26,078 nucleotides of DNA. Source: Pseudobacteriovorax sp. Lineage in GTDB: Bacteria > Bdellovibrionota_B > Oligoflexia > Oligoflexales > Oligoflexaceae. The DNA lies in NCBI GenBank assembly GCA_050293845.1, contig JBNKNM010000064.1, positions 1 to 26,078 of the forward strand, written 5' to 3'. The notes under the pieces were generated by a model that saw only the letters and a list, made by a program, of their open reading frames with translations, ran no database searches and was not told the origin of the DNA. The position numbers were made by a program, and so were the translations under genes. Below, one piece after another: positions 1 to 9,709 of this stretch (the stretch's first letter is position 1; each line of letters opens with the position of its first letter).

Positions 1-1
1 T

Positions 2-823
2 CTTTAAATTAATAAATTTTACATTTTCTTTAATTTTAAGGTTTTGCTTTTTACGAATTCCGTTCCAAACTGCCAATATTTCCTCTTTGGAAACCTTGTT
101 TTTAGGAAACTTAACTACTCCCACTCCTGGAAATTCAAGAGGATAGGACATAACCACTTTTTGTTTGGGAAAGTTATAAATAGTGCCACCAAACTTAGAC
201 TGTTCGATACAGAGGTAGTTGGCTCCGCTGGTCGAAGCAGTACATGCAGCAGATAATCCGGCAGGACCTGCGCCAATGACAAGAAGATCATGCTGCGCTG
301 AGCCTGAGGTCGATTTCGCCTTGGAAATAGCGTGCTCGGCAGCTAATTTTCCTTGCTTTACAGCGTTACGAATCAGTCCCATGCCACCTAACTCACCAGC
401 TATATAGAGACCAGATACATTCGTTTCGTAATTACTATTAACACGGGGCAGTTGCATACCCCGCTCCTTAGTACCAAAAACCAGCTTAATGGCATCCAGA
501 GGGCAAGCAACCTCACATTCACCGTGCCCCACGCATTTTGTGGGAGTCACTAGAACTGCTTTATGATGAATAAGCTTGATGATTTCGCCTTCTGGGCATG
601 CTGTAACACAAGCACCACAGCCACCACATAAGTTTGGATCAATCTTCGGATGAAGAGTGGTTGGTTGGTCCATTTGTTTATCTATGGCTTCTTTTAATTT
701 CTTTTTGGCTTCCTCTTCATGTTTACCCCTTTGTCGAATACCGTACCAGGCAAGATATAACATGAATATTATACCGATGATCCCCATATACTCGGTCAAA
801 AAATAATACAGTTTTTGCATCAT
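2..823 (-). CDS. Membrane-anchored 2x[4Fe-4S] ferredoxin fused to a thioredoxin-reductase-like FAD/NAD(P) oxidoreductase (partial, runs off the window start)
   Basis: Not in the ORF track; read manually. GAGGA RBS then ATG at 823: MMQKLYYFLTEYMGIIGIIFMYILPW (TM)...CGGCGACVTACP...CVGHGECEVACP...TNVSGLYIAGEL...DLLVIGAGPAGLSAA (GxGxxG Rossmann motif). Confidence 0.9.
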   Translation of the reverse strand, partial: MMQKLYYFLTEYMGIIGIIFMLYLAWYGIRQRGKHEEEAKKKLKEAIDKQMDQPTTLHPKIDPNLCGGCGACVTACPEGEIIKLIHHKAVLVTPTKCVGHGECEVACPLDAIKLVFGTKERGMQLPRVNSNYETNVSGLYIAGELGGMGLIRNAVKQGKLAAEHAISKAKSTSGSAQHDLLVIGAGPAGLSAACTASTSGANYLCIEQSKFGGTIYNFPKQKVVMSYPLEFPGVGVVKFPKNKVSKEEILAVWNGIRKKQNLKIKENVKFINLK

Positions 824-853
824 TATCCTCGTTCGCACAATCCCTCGGGCAAG

Positions 854-881
854 TTATCGACAAGGACTACAAAAATCTTTA
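854..881 (-). promoter_or_regulatory. Sigma-28 (FliA)-type promoter
   Basis: TAAA-N16-GTCGATAA on the minus strand, 30 nt upstream of the ATG at 823. Confidence 0.55.
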
Positions 882-913
882 ATTTTTCTTATTTGTTTTA
901 AGAATTCAGCTGA

Positions 914-1792
914 TTAATGAACTTTGAAAATCAGTGAAGAAGCGATATGAATCACAGCAACAATATACATAAAAATAGCAAAGGGGGTATGAAAGGTTCT
1001 CCAGTATCCAAAAAGGATCTTATAATAATGCATAAAGATCATTTTTCGTCTTAATACTGCCCAAGCCCGGAGCTTGCGGCGAATGGGTTTACTCCCCCCC
1101 CATGGAGTATCGGGAAGCCTGAACTTAGAGTTAATATCTCCTCTCAAAGCACGAACAAGAAACTCTAATATACTCATGGATTTAAGTCGTGAAGTCACCA
1201 CTCCACCGGTAGCTTGGTAGAATGCTAAGGCTTTTGCCTTATTCATATCATTTTCTGTTATACCACGGTTGGACATTTTGAGATAATGGGAAAAACCTTT
1301 CTCATAGCCTTCAATAAATTTTTTAAGACTTCCCTTTTGCACCAACAATTGCATATAAAAATATCGCCCTACAATGCCGCTACCAAAACTTACCATCATC
1401 GACCAGAAGCTAATGCTGACCAATCCCCTTACTTTAAAATCGCAGTGGAAAAGGATAAGAGTTGGACCTAGTAATCCAAAAAATATATGCCAATCTAGCC
1501 AGTTTTGTAAATTACCCACTTTCGCAAGTTTGTGAACTCGTTTACGCAATACATAAGCATTCGTCAATGCCATAATGCCAAATCCAAGCCAACCTAAAAA
1601 GTAGCTAATGGGCTTTCCAGGCCTGGGATCGAAAATCCGACATGACCCAAAAAGAAAGCACTGAATATCAAGCATGACGCCATTATAAGTGGTATAACCG
1701 TGTCCCGCTAAATACTCCAAAGACAGCCAGATAGCTATAACAAGCCATACAACAGTCAGGGATCTCAGTAACATGATGTTTCTCTTTATCAA
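914..1792 (-). CDS. Multi-pass membrane protein with conserved His residues (ferric-reductase/cytochrome b-like), likely partner of the Fe-S flavoprotein
   Basis: Several TM helices; motifs WLDWHIFFGLLGPTLILFH, WRTFHTPF and VIHI. Start may be the ATG at 1774. Confidence 0.7.
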   Translation of the reverse strand: MIKRNIMLLRSLTVVWLVIAIWLSLEYLAGHGYTTYNGVMLDIQCFLFGSCRIFDPRPGKPISYFLGWLGFGIMALTNAYVLRKRVHKLAKVGNLQNWLDWHIFFGLLGPTLILFHCDFKVRGLVSISFWSMMVSFGSGIVGRYFYMQLLVQKGSLKKFIEGYEKGFSHYLKMSNRGITENDMNKAKALAFYQATGGVVTSRLKSMSILEFLVRALRGDINSKFRLPDTPWGGSKPIRRKLRAWAVLRRKMIFMHYYKILFGYWRTFHTPFAIFMYIVAVIHIASSLIFKVH

Positions 1793-1861
1793 GCTGTATT
1801 TCTTAAGCTATAGTTTACATGAATCCTTCTTTTTTTGTAACTTTACATTTTAGGAGTTCCT

Positions 1862-2257
1862 ATGCTGCGCATCATGATCATTTTAGCCTCGCTATTGCTA
1901 TCAGCCTATGACACCACAAGTCAATCATGTGAACAAGACTACAAGAAAATATGCGAAAAATCGGATGAAACTAAGAGTAATTGTTTGCAAGATAACTTTG
2001 ATAAAGTGATGAATAAAGAGTGTAAAAAAGAATTAGAATCTGTGAGAACTGAGTGGCAAAAAAAGGGAGAAAGTTTCAAAAAGGTAAAGATTTCATGCGC
2101 GAAAGAAGTAGAAAAAAACTGCCCTGAGGACAAGGATAGCCGAAAAAACTATACGGTGTGCCTCATGATGCATGGTGATAAACTGAGTGTTGCCTGTAAA
2201 AATGAAGCAAATCGTCATATTAAAGACTTTCTTCCTGGATTGAATCCAATTAAATAA
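1862..2257 (+). CDS. Secreted cysteine-rich repeat protein (GLG1-like repeats)
   Basis: AGGAG RBS, signal peptide, and two repeats: CEQDYKKIC...CL...EC and CAKEVEKNC...CL...LSVAC. Confidence 0.75.
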   Translation: MLRIMIILASLLLSAYDTTSQSCEQDYKKICEKSDETKSNCLQDNFDKVMNKECKKELESVRTEWQKKGESFKKVKISCAKEVEKNCPEDKDSRKNYTVCLMMHGDKLSVACKNEANRHIKDFLPGLNPIK

Positions 2258-2352
2258 GCTTATCAAACAAATTATTTAAACTCGGAAAATATTTTATCTT
2301 GTAATCCTAGTAAATTTAGCACAGCCTTGCCACGGAATGTAGCATGTCTGAC

Positions 2353-2379
2353 TAAATTGTACCTGTAAACTTCCGATCC
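2353..2379 (+). promoter_or_regulatory. Sigma-28-type promoter
   Basis: TAAA-N15-TCCGATCC, followed by a GAGGGG RBS and the ATG at 2405. Confidence 0.5.
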
Positions 2380-2404
2380 CAATATCAGTCATACTGAGGG
2401 GTAT

Positions 2405-3487
2405 ATGGATTTCGAGTTTGAAATAAAGAACGAGTTTTTACTTGAAGCTAAGGAACTTTTAGAGCAAGCAGAAGAGTCTTTTTTAGAATTTGAAAAAAAT
2501 CCATCAGAAATTGAAAACATAGATAGTATTTTCCGAATATTTCATACTCTAAAGGGCTCTAGTTTTACAGCTGGTTTTGAGGACTTTGGCAAATTCACCC
2601 ACAAAATTGAAAACCTACTGACTTATCTCAAAGCAGGTAAATTTATAGCAGATTCAGCATGTTGCGACTACCTCCTAAACTCAAATGACGTTCTGAAAGA
2701 CTGGGTTGCTTTATTAGAAAGCAATCTGGATGCAGTATATTCCTCAGCAAATGCAGACGACATATTGGAGTATATCGACTCATTAAATCTTTCAAAATCA
2801 GATGAAAGCCAAAAAATTGTTACACCTAGCTTTGGTTTTTTTGATGACGATGAACCACCCTCTTCTTATCATCAATCAAGTGATTTTCATCATGAGAAAA
2901 ACTCGAATATCGTAAAAATGAGAAAAGAAAATTCAGAACATCCACATATATTAATTGTTGACGATGAGCAAGATATTCAAGACCTTCTTGAAATGTATGT
3001 GGAAGAATTAGATGCGAAGGTTTCAAAAGCCAGCGATGGTGAAGAAGGTCTAAGAATAGTAAAGGAAAATAGCCTAGACATCATTCTATCCGACTTAAGA
3101 ATGCCTAATATGGATGGCATTGAATTTATTCAGAAAGTACGTCAATTTAATAAATTTATCCCCGTGTTATTCATTTCGGGGGCTGCCGATAGAGAAGACA
3201 TCATTTCTTTTATTAATCTAGGAGCATATGGTTTTATTGAAAAGCCGATGTCACGTGAATTGCTATTAACCCAGGTTCGTAGCGGATTATATATTAAGCA
3301 AATGCGAGAAAATATTTCTATGATGACAATGCTAAACTTTCAAATTTATATGATCTCACACCAGTTATTTCGCAGTAAAGATGAAACGAAAAAACAAATT
3401 TTGCAAAACCAACTTAAGGCCAAGCTCGATCAAATCTCTGAGCTTAATAATAAAATTCTAGAAATTAAGATGTTAGAAATTGCTTAG
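2405..3487 (+). CDS. Hpt (CheA P1-like) + receiver domain protein
   Basis: EFLLEAKELL...IFRIFHTLKGSS (Hpt His); LIVDDE...LSDLRMPNMDG...ISG...EKP (intact REC); C-terminal helical tail. Confidence 0.9.
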   Translation: MDFEFEIKNEFLLEAKELLEQAEESFLEFEKNPSEIENIDSIFRIFHTLKGSSFTAGFEDFGKFTHKIENLLTYLKAGKFIADSACCDYLLNSNDVLKDWVALLESNLDAVYSSANADDILEYIDSLNLSKSDESQKIVTPSFGFFDDDEPPSSYHQSSDFHHEKNSNIVKMRKENSEHPHILIVDDEQDIQDLLEMYVEELDAKVSKASDGEEGLRIVKENSLDIILSDLRMPNMDGIEFIQKVRQFNKFIPVLFISGAADREDIISFINLGAYGFIEKPMSRELLLTQVRSGLYIKQMRENISMMTMLNFQIYMISHQLFRSKDETKKQILQNQLKAKLDQISELNNKILEIKMLEIA

Positions 3488-4617
3488 CTTAAAATCATGC
3501 TAAGCATCCATAAGAAGTCTACGCCAGGATATTCTTCAGAACATTTAGCTTTAAGGGGAATGGGCTGGTATTCCCTGGAGTCTCGTTGCCACAAGTAATC
3601 AGCTTTTCGATCACAGTTTTGCGGAAGTCGATCTAAAGGAAACTGAGGCATGCTCATCAATTCATTTAAAAATTCGTAACGTATACGCGGGCTGATAGCA
3701 TCAGCTGCTAGCAATTGTAGCCAGCGAAAAAACATGTTTTTCTGATCCAGTTCCACTAGCTTACCCGCTACCCATTGTTGCCGTTGTTTTTCAAAAGAAT
3801 GATCAGCTAAATGTCCCATTAAATTATCTAAAAATCCTGCTATAGATCGTGGTTTATGTGAGTTTCCAAAAATCAACTCCCGTTCTATCCAAAGTGTAAG
3901 AGCGTTTAAGTGTGCCGTAAAACCTCTTCGACCTGCTATGGCATCAAATTCAATTGTGGAAAATCCATAACGGATATCAGTGGGAAGTTCAACTTCATCA
4001 ATATCAGCCTGAACTGACAAAAGTCGTATAATCTCTCCCAGCCCTGGGGACATCATACTCACATAAAAGGGCCCCGTACCGATGTATCCATCATTCTTAC
4101 CAATATAGGCAATTAATTCTTCTGTATATTTTTTATATTCTGGTGGATTTTGTACTAGTGCGGCTAAAACACCAACGATCATATCTCGAGAAGTCCAACG
4201 GCGGCGGCACTTTGGATGCCGATACCATCGACCATCCTCATTTACAGACAGCATGGCTTGCCAGGCTTCAGCAGCATCATCTTTCCACCCTAATCGATCA
4301 AGGGCAACAAATCGCAATGCAGAGAATAAAAGACTATCGCATTCACTATGGATACTGCCATCGAGTCCTCTATTGACAATCATACCATGATATAAGTGAT
4401 TTTCATTAATAAGCTCTTCATACAAAATGGCTTTTTCAATTGCCGCATGCTTAAGGTGCTCAAAGTCAATCTCTTCATCAACAGTTAGAGGTACCAATTC
4501 GTCCCGTAGCTTGGAAGACAGCTTAAAGGTTGCCTCGTTATTTTCCAAAACCAAACTAGTAAGATACCAACTTGCTGTTGCAACGCCTAATATTGTTAGT
4601 GGTAACTTCAAGCCCAC
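3484..4617 (-). CDS. Hypothetical exported/membrane-anchored protein
   Basis: 377-aa ORF, GGAG RBS before GTG, N-terminal hydrophobic segment, 4-bp convergent overlap with the previous gene. Confidence 0.75.
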   Translation of the reverse strand: MGLKLPLTILGVATASWYLTSLVLENNEATFKLSSKLRDELVPLTVDEEIDFEHLKHAAIEKAILYEELINENHLYHGMIVNRGLDGSIHSECDSLLFSALRFVALDRLGWKDDAAEAWQAMLSVNEDGRWYRHPKCRRRWTSRDMIVGVLAALVQNPPEYKKYTEELIAYIGKNDGYIGTGPFYVSMMSPGLGEIIRLLSVQADIDEVELPTDIRYGFSTIEFDAIAGRRGFTAHLNALTLWIERELIFGNSHKPRSIAGFLDNLMGHLADHSFEKQRQQWVAGKLVELDQKNMFFRWLQLLAADAISPRIRYEFLNELMSMPQFPLDRLPQNCDRKADYLWQRDSREYQPIPLKAKCSEEYPGVDFLWMLSMILS

Positions 4618-4648
4618 AATCGATCTCCGTAAACCATTACAGTATTAC

Positions 4649-4676
4649 TTATCGTCAAAAATCATCAAAATATTTA
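4649..4676 (-). promoter_or_regulatory. Sigma-28-type promoter
   Basis: TAAA-N16-GACGATAA, 31 nt upstream of the start at 4617. Confidence 0.55.
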
Positions 4677-4953
4677 GTAATTATGAAACCTTGTCGCAAA
4701 GTATTTCCGATGAATAAGAAATGTTAGAAGCTTATTAAAAAAAATAATTTGTAGTTGAAGTCTCACAATCAACCAGAGCGAACTCGTACACACTAGAAAC
4801 CAGGAACTGTCTATAGATGTACGGTATCTACTTTTTGACTCAATAATTATTAGCAGTTGTCCCAAAAATAGAAATTTTTCAATTAATTCAGAAAAGACTA
4901 TCAGAAAGATAAGATAACGCAGAGACTTGATTCAAGTGGTCTATATTCTGTTC

Positions 4954-6372
4954 TTAAAAAAGTAAGACTTCACCAGGAGGATGCTTATCATCATCACTTT
5001 CAGCTGCCTTAGGTATAAAAAATTCACAGGAATATTTCTCTTGATCTGTTACCAAGGTTTTATTGACTAGTTCATAAATATTTCCTTGAATTTCCAACCA
5101 ATTTTGCCTATTTGTTTGTCGTAAATAATTTTTTATTGATTCGGATTCTGAAAATCGATGCTCTAATATTTGACGCAACAAATCAAATCCCTGTAATAGT
5201 ATCACAGCATCCGAAATGGCCTTATCAATAGAACTCACATGATCTATATAACACTCTTTTGTATCAATCCAACTATCCTCAGAAAGAGGGTCCATTATTT
5301 CTAGAACATCCCTAAATGATGATAAGATTTCGGGAGTCACATTATCTTCAGAAATATTATCAATAATTTCTTTTAATTTCTCCACCACAGCAAGATTTGA
5401 AATGCGAGCACCTGTGTCAGAACCGATGTCTTCAACTCTGGATAGAATAGCTTTAAGTGTAAGTGTACTATCACAAAAATGATCAATTAATTCATATAAT
5501 GGCCTGTCATCTGAAAACTCTTCTTTATCAGCCAATAATTGCATTTTAAGCAGCAAATCTTTACTTTTTTGAGTCGATTCATTCATAGCTGTAGCTAGAT
5601 GATGACAACCTTCCTTCACAAAGTTAATAATACTTTCAACCTGAACATAATTATTGCCATCATAGTCATTCTTTATTATACGAAGAGCTTCTTCAGACTG
5701 TTGCACCCCAAGTTCAATCTCTTTTAATATTATTACTAAAGTATCACTCAGAGATTGCACAAGATCCAAAGCTAAGAGACCTGTTGTATTAGAAAAATTG
5801 CAGTAATCGAACCAAAAATCAAATTCTTCAAAATTTTCTTTATACCACTTGCTGCTGGCAGCCTCTGGGCTAGCTACATACTTTCGAAATTTATCTGGAC
5901 AGATAAATTGCTCTCGCCCGACAATCTCTTCCCTCTTGTTTATTCTAAGAAATGCCTTTGAAGTTTCATTTGATAACATTTGCAAATCATTTGTAGAAAG
6001 AAAGATATTTTTAATTTTTAAAGATGGTGATTCAACATCAACAATACCTAATTCAACTTGATCTAATTTATATTGACGATTAACCTCAGGCATTAAACGA
6101 AGGTAATTAAATATGCGATTTGGAATATTAGTAAGCGTGATTTCCTGATTAATTTCACGTAGGTACTTGTCAAATTTTATTATGCCATTCCAACTCGCAC
6201 TTAATAAATTACTGCAATCAAATTTTGTTGAACCAACCAACATTTCATCAATTACTTTGAAATTTGTAGTATCACTAATGATTCCTTGAAGTACGACTGT
6301 GTCGTCACTTTTATGAACTCTGAAACGATTTTGAATTGCCACTGTTAACCCCAAGACTTCAAGTTTCATCAA
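4954..6372 (-). CDS. Hypothetical signalling protein: N-terminal STAS-like region plus helical CheZ-like C-terminal region
   Basis: 472-aa ORF. VVLQGIISD...FDCSNLLSASWNG resembles STAS; LQGFDLLRQILEH carries DxxxQ; the tail ends PGEVLLF. The domain calls are tentative. Confidence 0.6.
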   Translation of the reverse strand: MMKLEVLGLTVAIQNRFRVHKSDDTVVLQGIISDTTNFKVIDEMLVGSTKFDCSNLLSASWNGIIKFDKYLREINQEITLTNIPNRIFNYLRLMPEVNRQYKLDQVELGIVDVESPSLKIKNIFLSTNDLQMLSNETSKAFLRINKREEIVGREQFICPDKFRKYVASPEAASSKWYKENFEEFDFWFDYCNFSNTTGLLALDLVQSLSDTLVIILKEIELGVQQSEEALRIIKNDYDGNNYVQVESIINFVKEGCHHLATAMNESTQKSKDLLLKMQLLADKEEFSDDRPLYELIDHFCDSTLTLKAILSRVEDIGSDTGARISNLAVVEKLKEIIDNISEDNVTPEILSSFRDVLEIMDPLSEDSWIDTKECYIDHVSSIDKAISDAVILLQGFDLLRQILEHRFSESESIKNYLRQTNRQNWLEIQGNIYELVNKTLVTDQEKYSCEFFIPKAAESDDDKHPPGEVLLF

Positions 6373-6642
6373 TAGTGAATAATATCGGTCTTATGAGATA
6401 CTTCATAAATAAAAAGATACACATACTGTAATTATCTAATATCTATAATATTACTCCATTAAAAATTGCTATAGTATTTAATATTGAATTTTAAAAAGAA
6501 GAAATATTTAATTGCTAAAGTTAATATTTCAATCTACTCAAAAATCATGGTACACTACTTAAAGTCAAATATTCTTACTTTCCACAACTTATACTTATTT
6601 AAAATACTGTCGCCATTTACAAATATCTTTAGAGCAAATTAT

Positions 6643-6668
6643 TAAAGTTTTCATATAGCTGCCGATAC
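6643..6668 (+). promoter_or_regulatory. Sigma-28-type promoter for the cheX-kinase-cheY operon
   Basis: TAAAGTTT-N10-GCCGATAC versus the consensus TAAAGTTT-N11-GCCGATAA. Confidence 0.65.
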
Positions 6669-6713
6669 CTCCATAGAACTTACTCTATTTTGTATATCTT
6701 AATAGGAAAAGAT

Positions 6714-7310
6714 ATGAGTGAAGCTCCAGACCTTTTAATGGTTGAAGAAAACAAAATTATTGTTGAAAAAATTAAAAATCAAATTAGATCAAAAGTCGAA
6801 TCGACACTCGCAAAGTCAGCGCGCTTAGAGCAATCAAAAATAGAAGAGGTTGATAACATTGATGATTTTGTATATGGGCATTGGATGGCCTTTATATTGA
6901 TATCCGGATCATCAGTTAGAGTCATGCTAAAACTTCACTTTTCTAATCAAAATGCTCGAAGCATGCTTGGCAATAAAATAAAAAAAGATACTGACCATCA
7001 GACAGTAGAGCGCATGGCGATGGATTTCATGAAGGAACAGTGCAATCTAATGGCTGGGTCACTTAAAAGTGTTTTTAATAACTCTCATATAATTACAGGT
7101 CTCTCGATTCCTCTTGTTACAAGAGGTTTCGACGAAGCAGTTTTTTCTGATAAAATTGATGAAACAAAAATCAATGATGTTTGGAAATTAATTTGGCCAG
7201 GAGGAAGTGTCATTTGTTCGTCTGTTACAGAAGTTCTTCAATGGAGTGATTTCAATAATTTTGAACTTGAAGACGAATCTGATGATGAAGAAGATGGAGT
7301 ATTTTTATGA
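6714..7310 (+). CDS. CheX/CheC-like chemotaxis phosphatase
   Basis: DFMKEQCNLMAG (ExxN) followed by GLSIPLV. ATG 6714 follows AGGA; ATGA overlap with the kinase gene. Confidence 0.7.
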   Translation: MSEAPDLLMVEENKIIVEKIKNQIRSKVESTLAKSARLEQSKIEEVDNIDDFVYGHWMAFILISGSSVRVMLKLHFSNQNARSMLGNKIKKDTDHQTVERMAMDFMKEQCNLMAGSLKSVFNNSHIITGLSIPLVTRGFDEAVFSDKIDETKINDVWKLIWPGGSVICSSVTEVLQWSDFNNFELEDESDDEEDGVFL

Positions 7311-9274
7311 GTGAAGCTTTCAAATTAGACCAAAAATCTGAACAAGCGAAAGCTGAAATAATCGCTGCAGAAGGATTACGAGCCAGTCATGAAATAATAA
7401 CAGTCTTAGAAAAATGCAAATCATCATCAGAGCACATTATTGATCAGCTCCCTGATCTATTGGTAATCATGACCTTAGAAGGACGTATTTTAAAGGGAAA
7501 TTTGGCAGCGGTCCGATTAATGAACTGCCGCCCTGATGATATTCTAAATTTGAATCTCTTTGATGTTTTTCATGCAGAAACACGAAACATTATGAAGTCT
7601 AGGATATCTTCTCTTCTTAAAAACAGGGAGCTAAAACAATTACAGTTTGAACTTCCCATTGTTTCAAGTTCGAATTCCCAGGTTGAACACCTATGGACAG
7701 TGAGTGTTTTTACTCAAATAAGTGAAAGAAGAGGACCACTCATAAAAGTTCTTGGCAAGGATATTTCGAAAATTAAAGAATTTGAGAAAAAACTTTCTCA
7801 AATATTCTCCGCAATACCACTTGGCATTTTTACTGTTGGCCCTGATGGAAAAATTGAATGGCCTTACTCTCTGTTTACAGAGTATCTAGTAGGACAAGAT
7901 AAGTTATCAGATCAGACCTTAGATAAAATTCTGTTCGAACCTATTTGGGAATCACTTGATAGTATTGAAAAAACAGGTGCTGGTCAAGTGGTCGATTGCA
8001 TTGGTGGCGATACTCTTTGGTTTGATATGGCGAAATTACACTTTCCAAAAGAAGTCAAGCTTACTAGAGAAACGCCTGATGGTATAAAAACCTGCTGGTT
8101 AGGTATCACTTATCATCCCATAGTACATGAAAATACTATCGAAAAGCTTATGATCGTCCTTGAAGATAGAACCGAAGTTGTCGAAGCACGTCGCGCCTTG
8201 GAAATGCAAAGAGAAATAGAAAATAACAAAATAAAGAAAATTTTAGAAATTCAAAATTGCTCCGGTGCATTGTTGGAAGTAACATTTAACGACTTTGATA
8301 TTTTATTTCCAAGAATGGAAAATGAAATAAACTCTGAAGATTATGAAAAAGTCAATCGGACTCTACATGCAATCAAGGGTATAGCTAGGACTGCTGGGTT
8401 TTCAGATTTAGAGCATCACGTTCATGCTGTAGAAGATCATTTATTACACAACACAGCAAAACAAGATGTCGAGCAAGATTGGTTACTAAACAATTACCAT
8501 GAATTAAAATCTGAATGCAATGAACTCAGGTCGCTATGCTTTGCCTTATCTGGTCGTCAGCATGGTCTTCAAATCAGGCAAGCTGATTACATGGAAGTAC
8601 TACATGAACTTAAAGAGCTAAGAAATACCTTGGACACAAATGGAAAGGCTCATACTGATCGAATCCTTGAAAAACTTGGAGGAGGAAGTTTTGCCATAAA
8701 AATATTGCTTTCGACCCTCGAACTACGGTTATTAAAACAAGTAGCTGTAACTGCTGAATCTCTTGGAAAGAAAGTAGATGTTAAGTTTGATTGGGATAAT
8801 ATAAAGGTTATTCAAAGTGAAATTCTTACTTTTTCGGAAATATTTATTCATTTGCTCAATAATTCTATCGATCATGGAATTGAACATCCACATGAACGAG
8901 TCAAAATAGGTAAACCTGAAACAGGTACTATTTTGATCAAGGCTGAGGTTAAGAACCGCAACATCCAAATAACTATCAGCGATGATGGCAGAGGTATCGA
9001 CAAAGAAAAGATAATTAAGGTAGCATTGAATAAGGAAATCGTGAATGAAAAACAGATTAATAAATTCAAGAGTCAAGAAGATGTTCTTGAATTAATGTTA
9101 ATACCAGGATTTTCAACGAAAGATAAAGCTGATACCATCAGTGGAAGAGGTATTGGTTTAGATTCAGTTAATGATGCTGTGAAATCACTAGGCTGCAGCA
9201 AGCTGAATATTAATTCGGAAATAAATAAGGGAACAACTTTTATTTTTGATGTCCCATTAACAACAGTTGAGTAA
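7307..9274 (+). CDS. CheA-like histidine kinase: PAS-PAS-Hpt-HATPase, no CheW domain
   Basis: DQLPDLLVIMTLEGRILKGN and SAIPLGIFTVGPDGKI (PAS); RTLHAIKG (Hpt); HLLNNSIDHGIE, SDDGRGID, PGFST, SGRGIGLD, GTTF (CheA-type ATPase); the protein ends right after the ATPase. Confidence 0.9.
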   Translation: MSEAFKLDQKSEQAKAEIIAAEGLRASHEIITVLEKCKSSSEHIIDQLPDLLVIMTLEGRILKGNLAAVRLMNCRPDDILNLNLFDVFHAETRNIMKSRISSLLKNRELKQLQFELPIVSSSNSQVEHLWTVSVFTQISERRGPLIKVLGKDISKIKEFEKKLSQIFSAIPLGIFTVGPDGKIEWPYSLFTEYLVGQDKLSDQTLDKILFEPIWESLDSIEKTGAGQVVDCIGGDTLWFDMAKLHFPKEVKLTRETPDGIKTCWLGITYHPIVHENTIEKLMIVLEDRTEVVEARRALEMQREIENNKIKKILEIQNCSGALLEVTFNDFDILFPRMENEINSEDYEKVNRTLHAIKGIARTAGFSDLEHHVHAVEDHLLHNTAKQDVEQDWLLNNYHELKSECNELRSLCFALSGRQHGLQIRQADYMEVLHELKELRNTLDTNGKAHTDRILEKLGGGSFAIKILLSTLELRLLKQVAVTAESLGKKVDVKFDWDNIKVIQSEILTFSEIFIHLLNNSIDHGIEHPHERVKIGKPETGTILIKAEVKNRNIQITISDDGRGIDKEKIIKVALNKEIVNEKQINKFKSQEDVLELMLIPGFSTKDKADTISGRGIGLDSVNDAVKSLGCSKLNINSEINKGTTFIFDVPLTTVE

Positions 9275-9287
9275 TGGAGATTTTAAG

Positions 9288-9668
9288 ATGGCAAAAATTT
9301 TAATTGCTGACGATTCCGAAACCCTACGAACAGAACTGAGAGAGGTTCTCGAAGGTGCTGGGCATGAAGTTGTAGAAGCCGTAGACGGAACGGACGGTGT
9401 AAAAAAAGCTGAAGAGGCTGATGGCGTTCAACTCATAATCAGTGATTACAACATGCCTGGTCTTGATGGGATCACCATGATTCGTAAAATTAAGGAGATT
9501 GATCGATATTCAAAAGTTCCTATCGGTATGCTAACAACTGAGTCATCAAAAGAACTTAAGGCAACTGGTAAGGAAGCGGGTGTTATTGTTTGGTTTGTTA
9601 AGCCTTTTGAACCCAATCGACTCCTATCGACCATTGATAAAGTTTTAGAAAAATTTGCTGCTGCCTGA
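9288..9668 (+). CDS. cheY: CheY-like single-domain response regulator
   Basis: MAKILIADDS...SDYNMPGLDG...MLTTES...VKPF; GGAG RBS before ATG 9288. Confidence 0.9.
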   Translation: MAKILIADDSETLRTELREVLEGAGHEVVEAVDGTDGVKKAEEADGVQLIISDYNMPGLDGITMIRKIKEIDRYSKVPIGMLTTESSKELKATGKEAGVIVWFVKPFEPNRLLSTIDKVLEKFAAA

Positions 9669-9691
9669 ATTTTGACAAAAGCGATTTCAAT

Positions 9692-9709
9692 AGGCCTAAA
9701 GGGCCTTTT
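9692..9709 (+). terminator. Probable intrinsic terminator
   Basis: AGGCC-TAAAG-GGCCT hairpin followed by a T run, 23 nt after the cheY stop. Confidence 0.5.

Noticed and set aside
44..407. Plus-strand ORFs 44..256 and 219..407
   Set aside because: Antisense shadows of the oxidoreductase gene.
4674..4950. ORF 4674..4865 or an sRNA downstream of TCCGATGA (4706)
   Set aside because: TTG start without an RBS, poor -35 spacing, and no clear structure or terminator.
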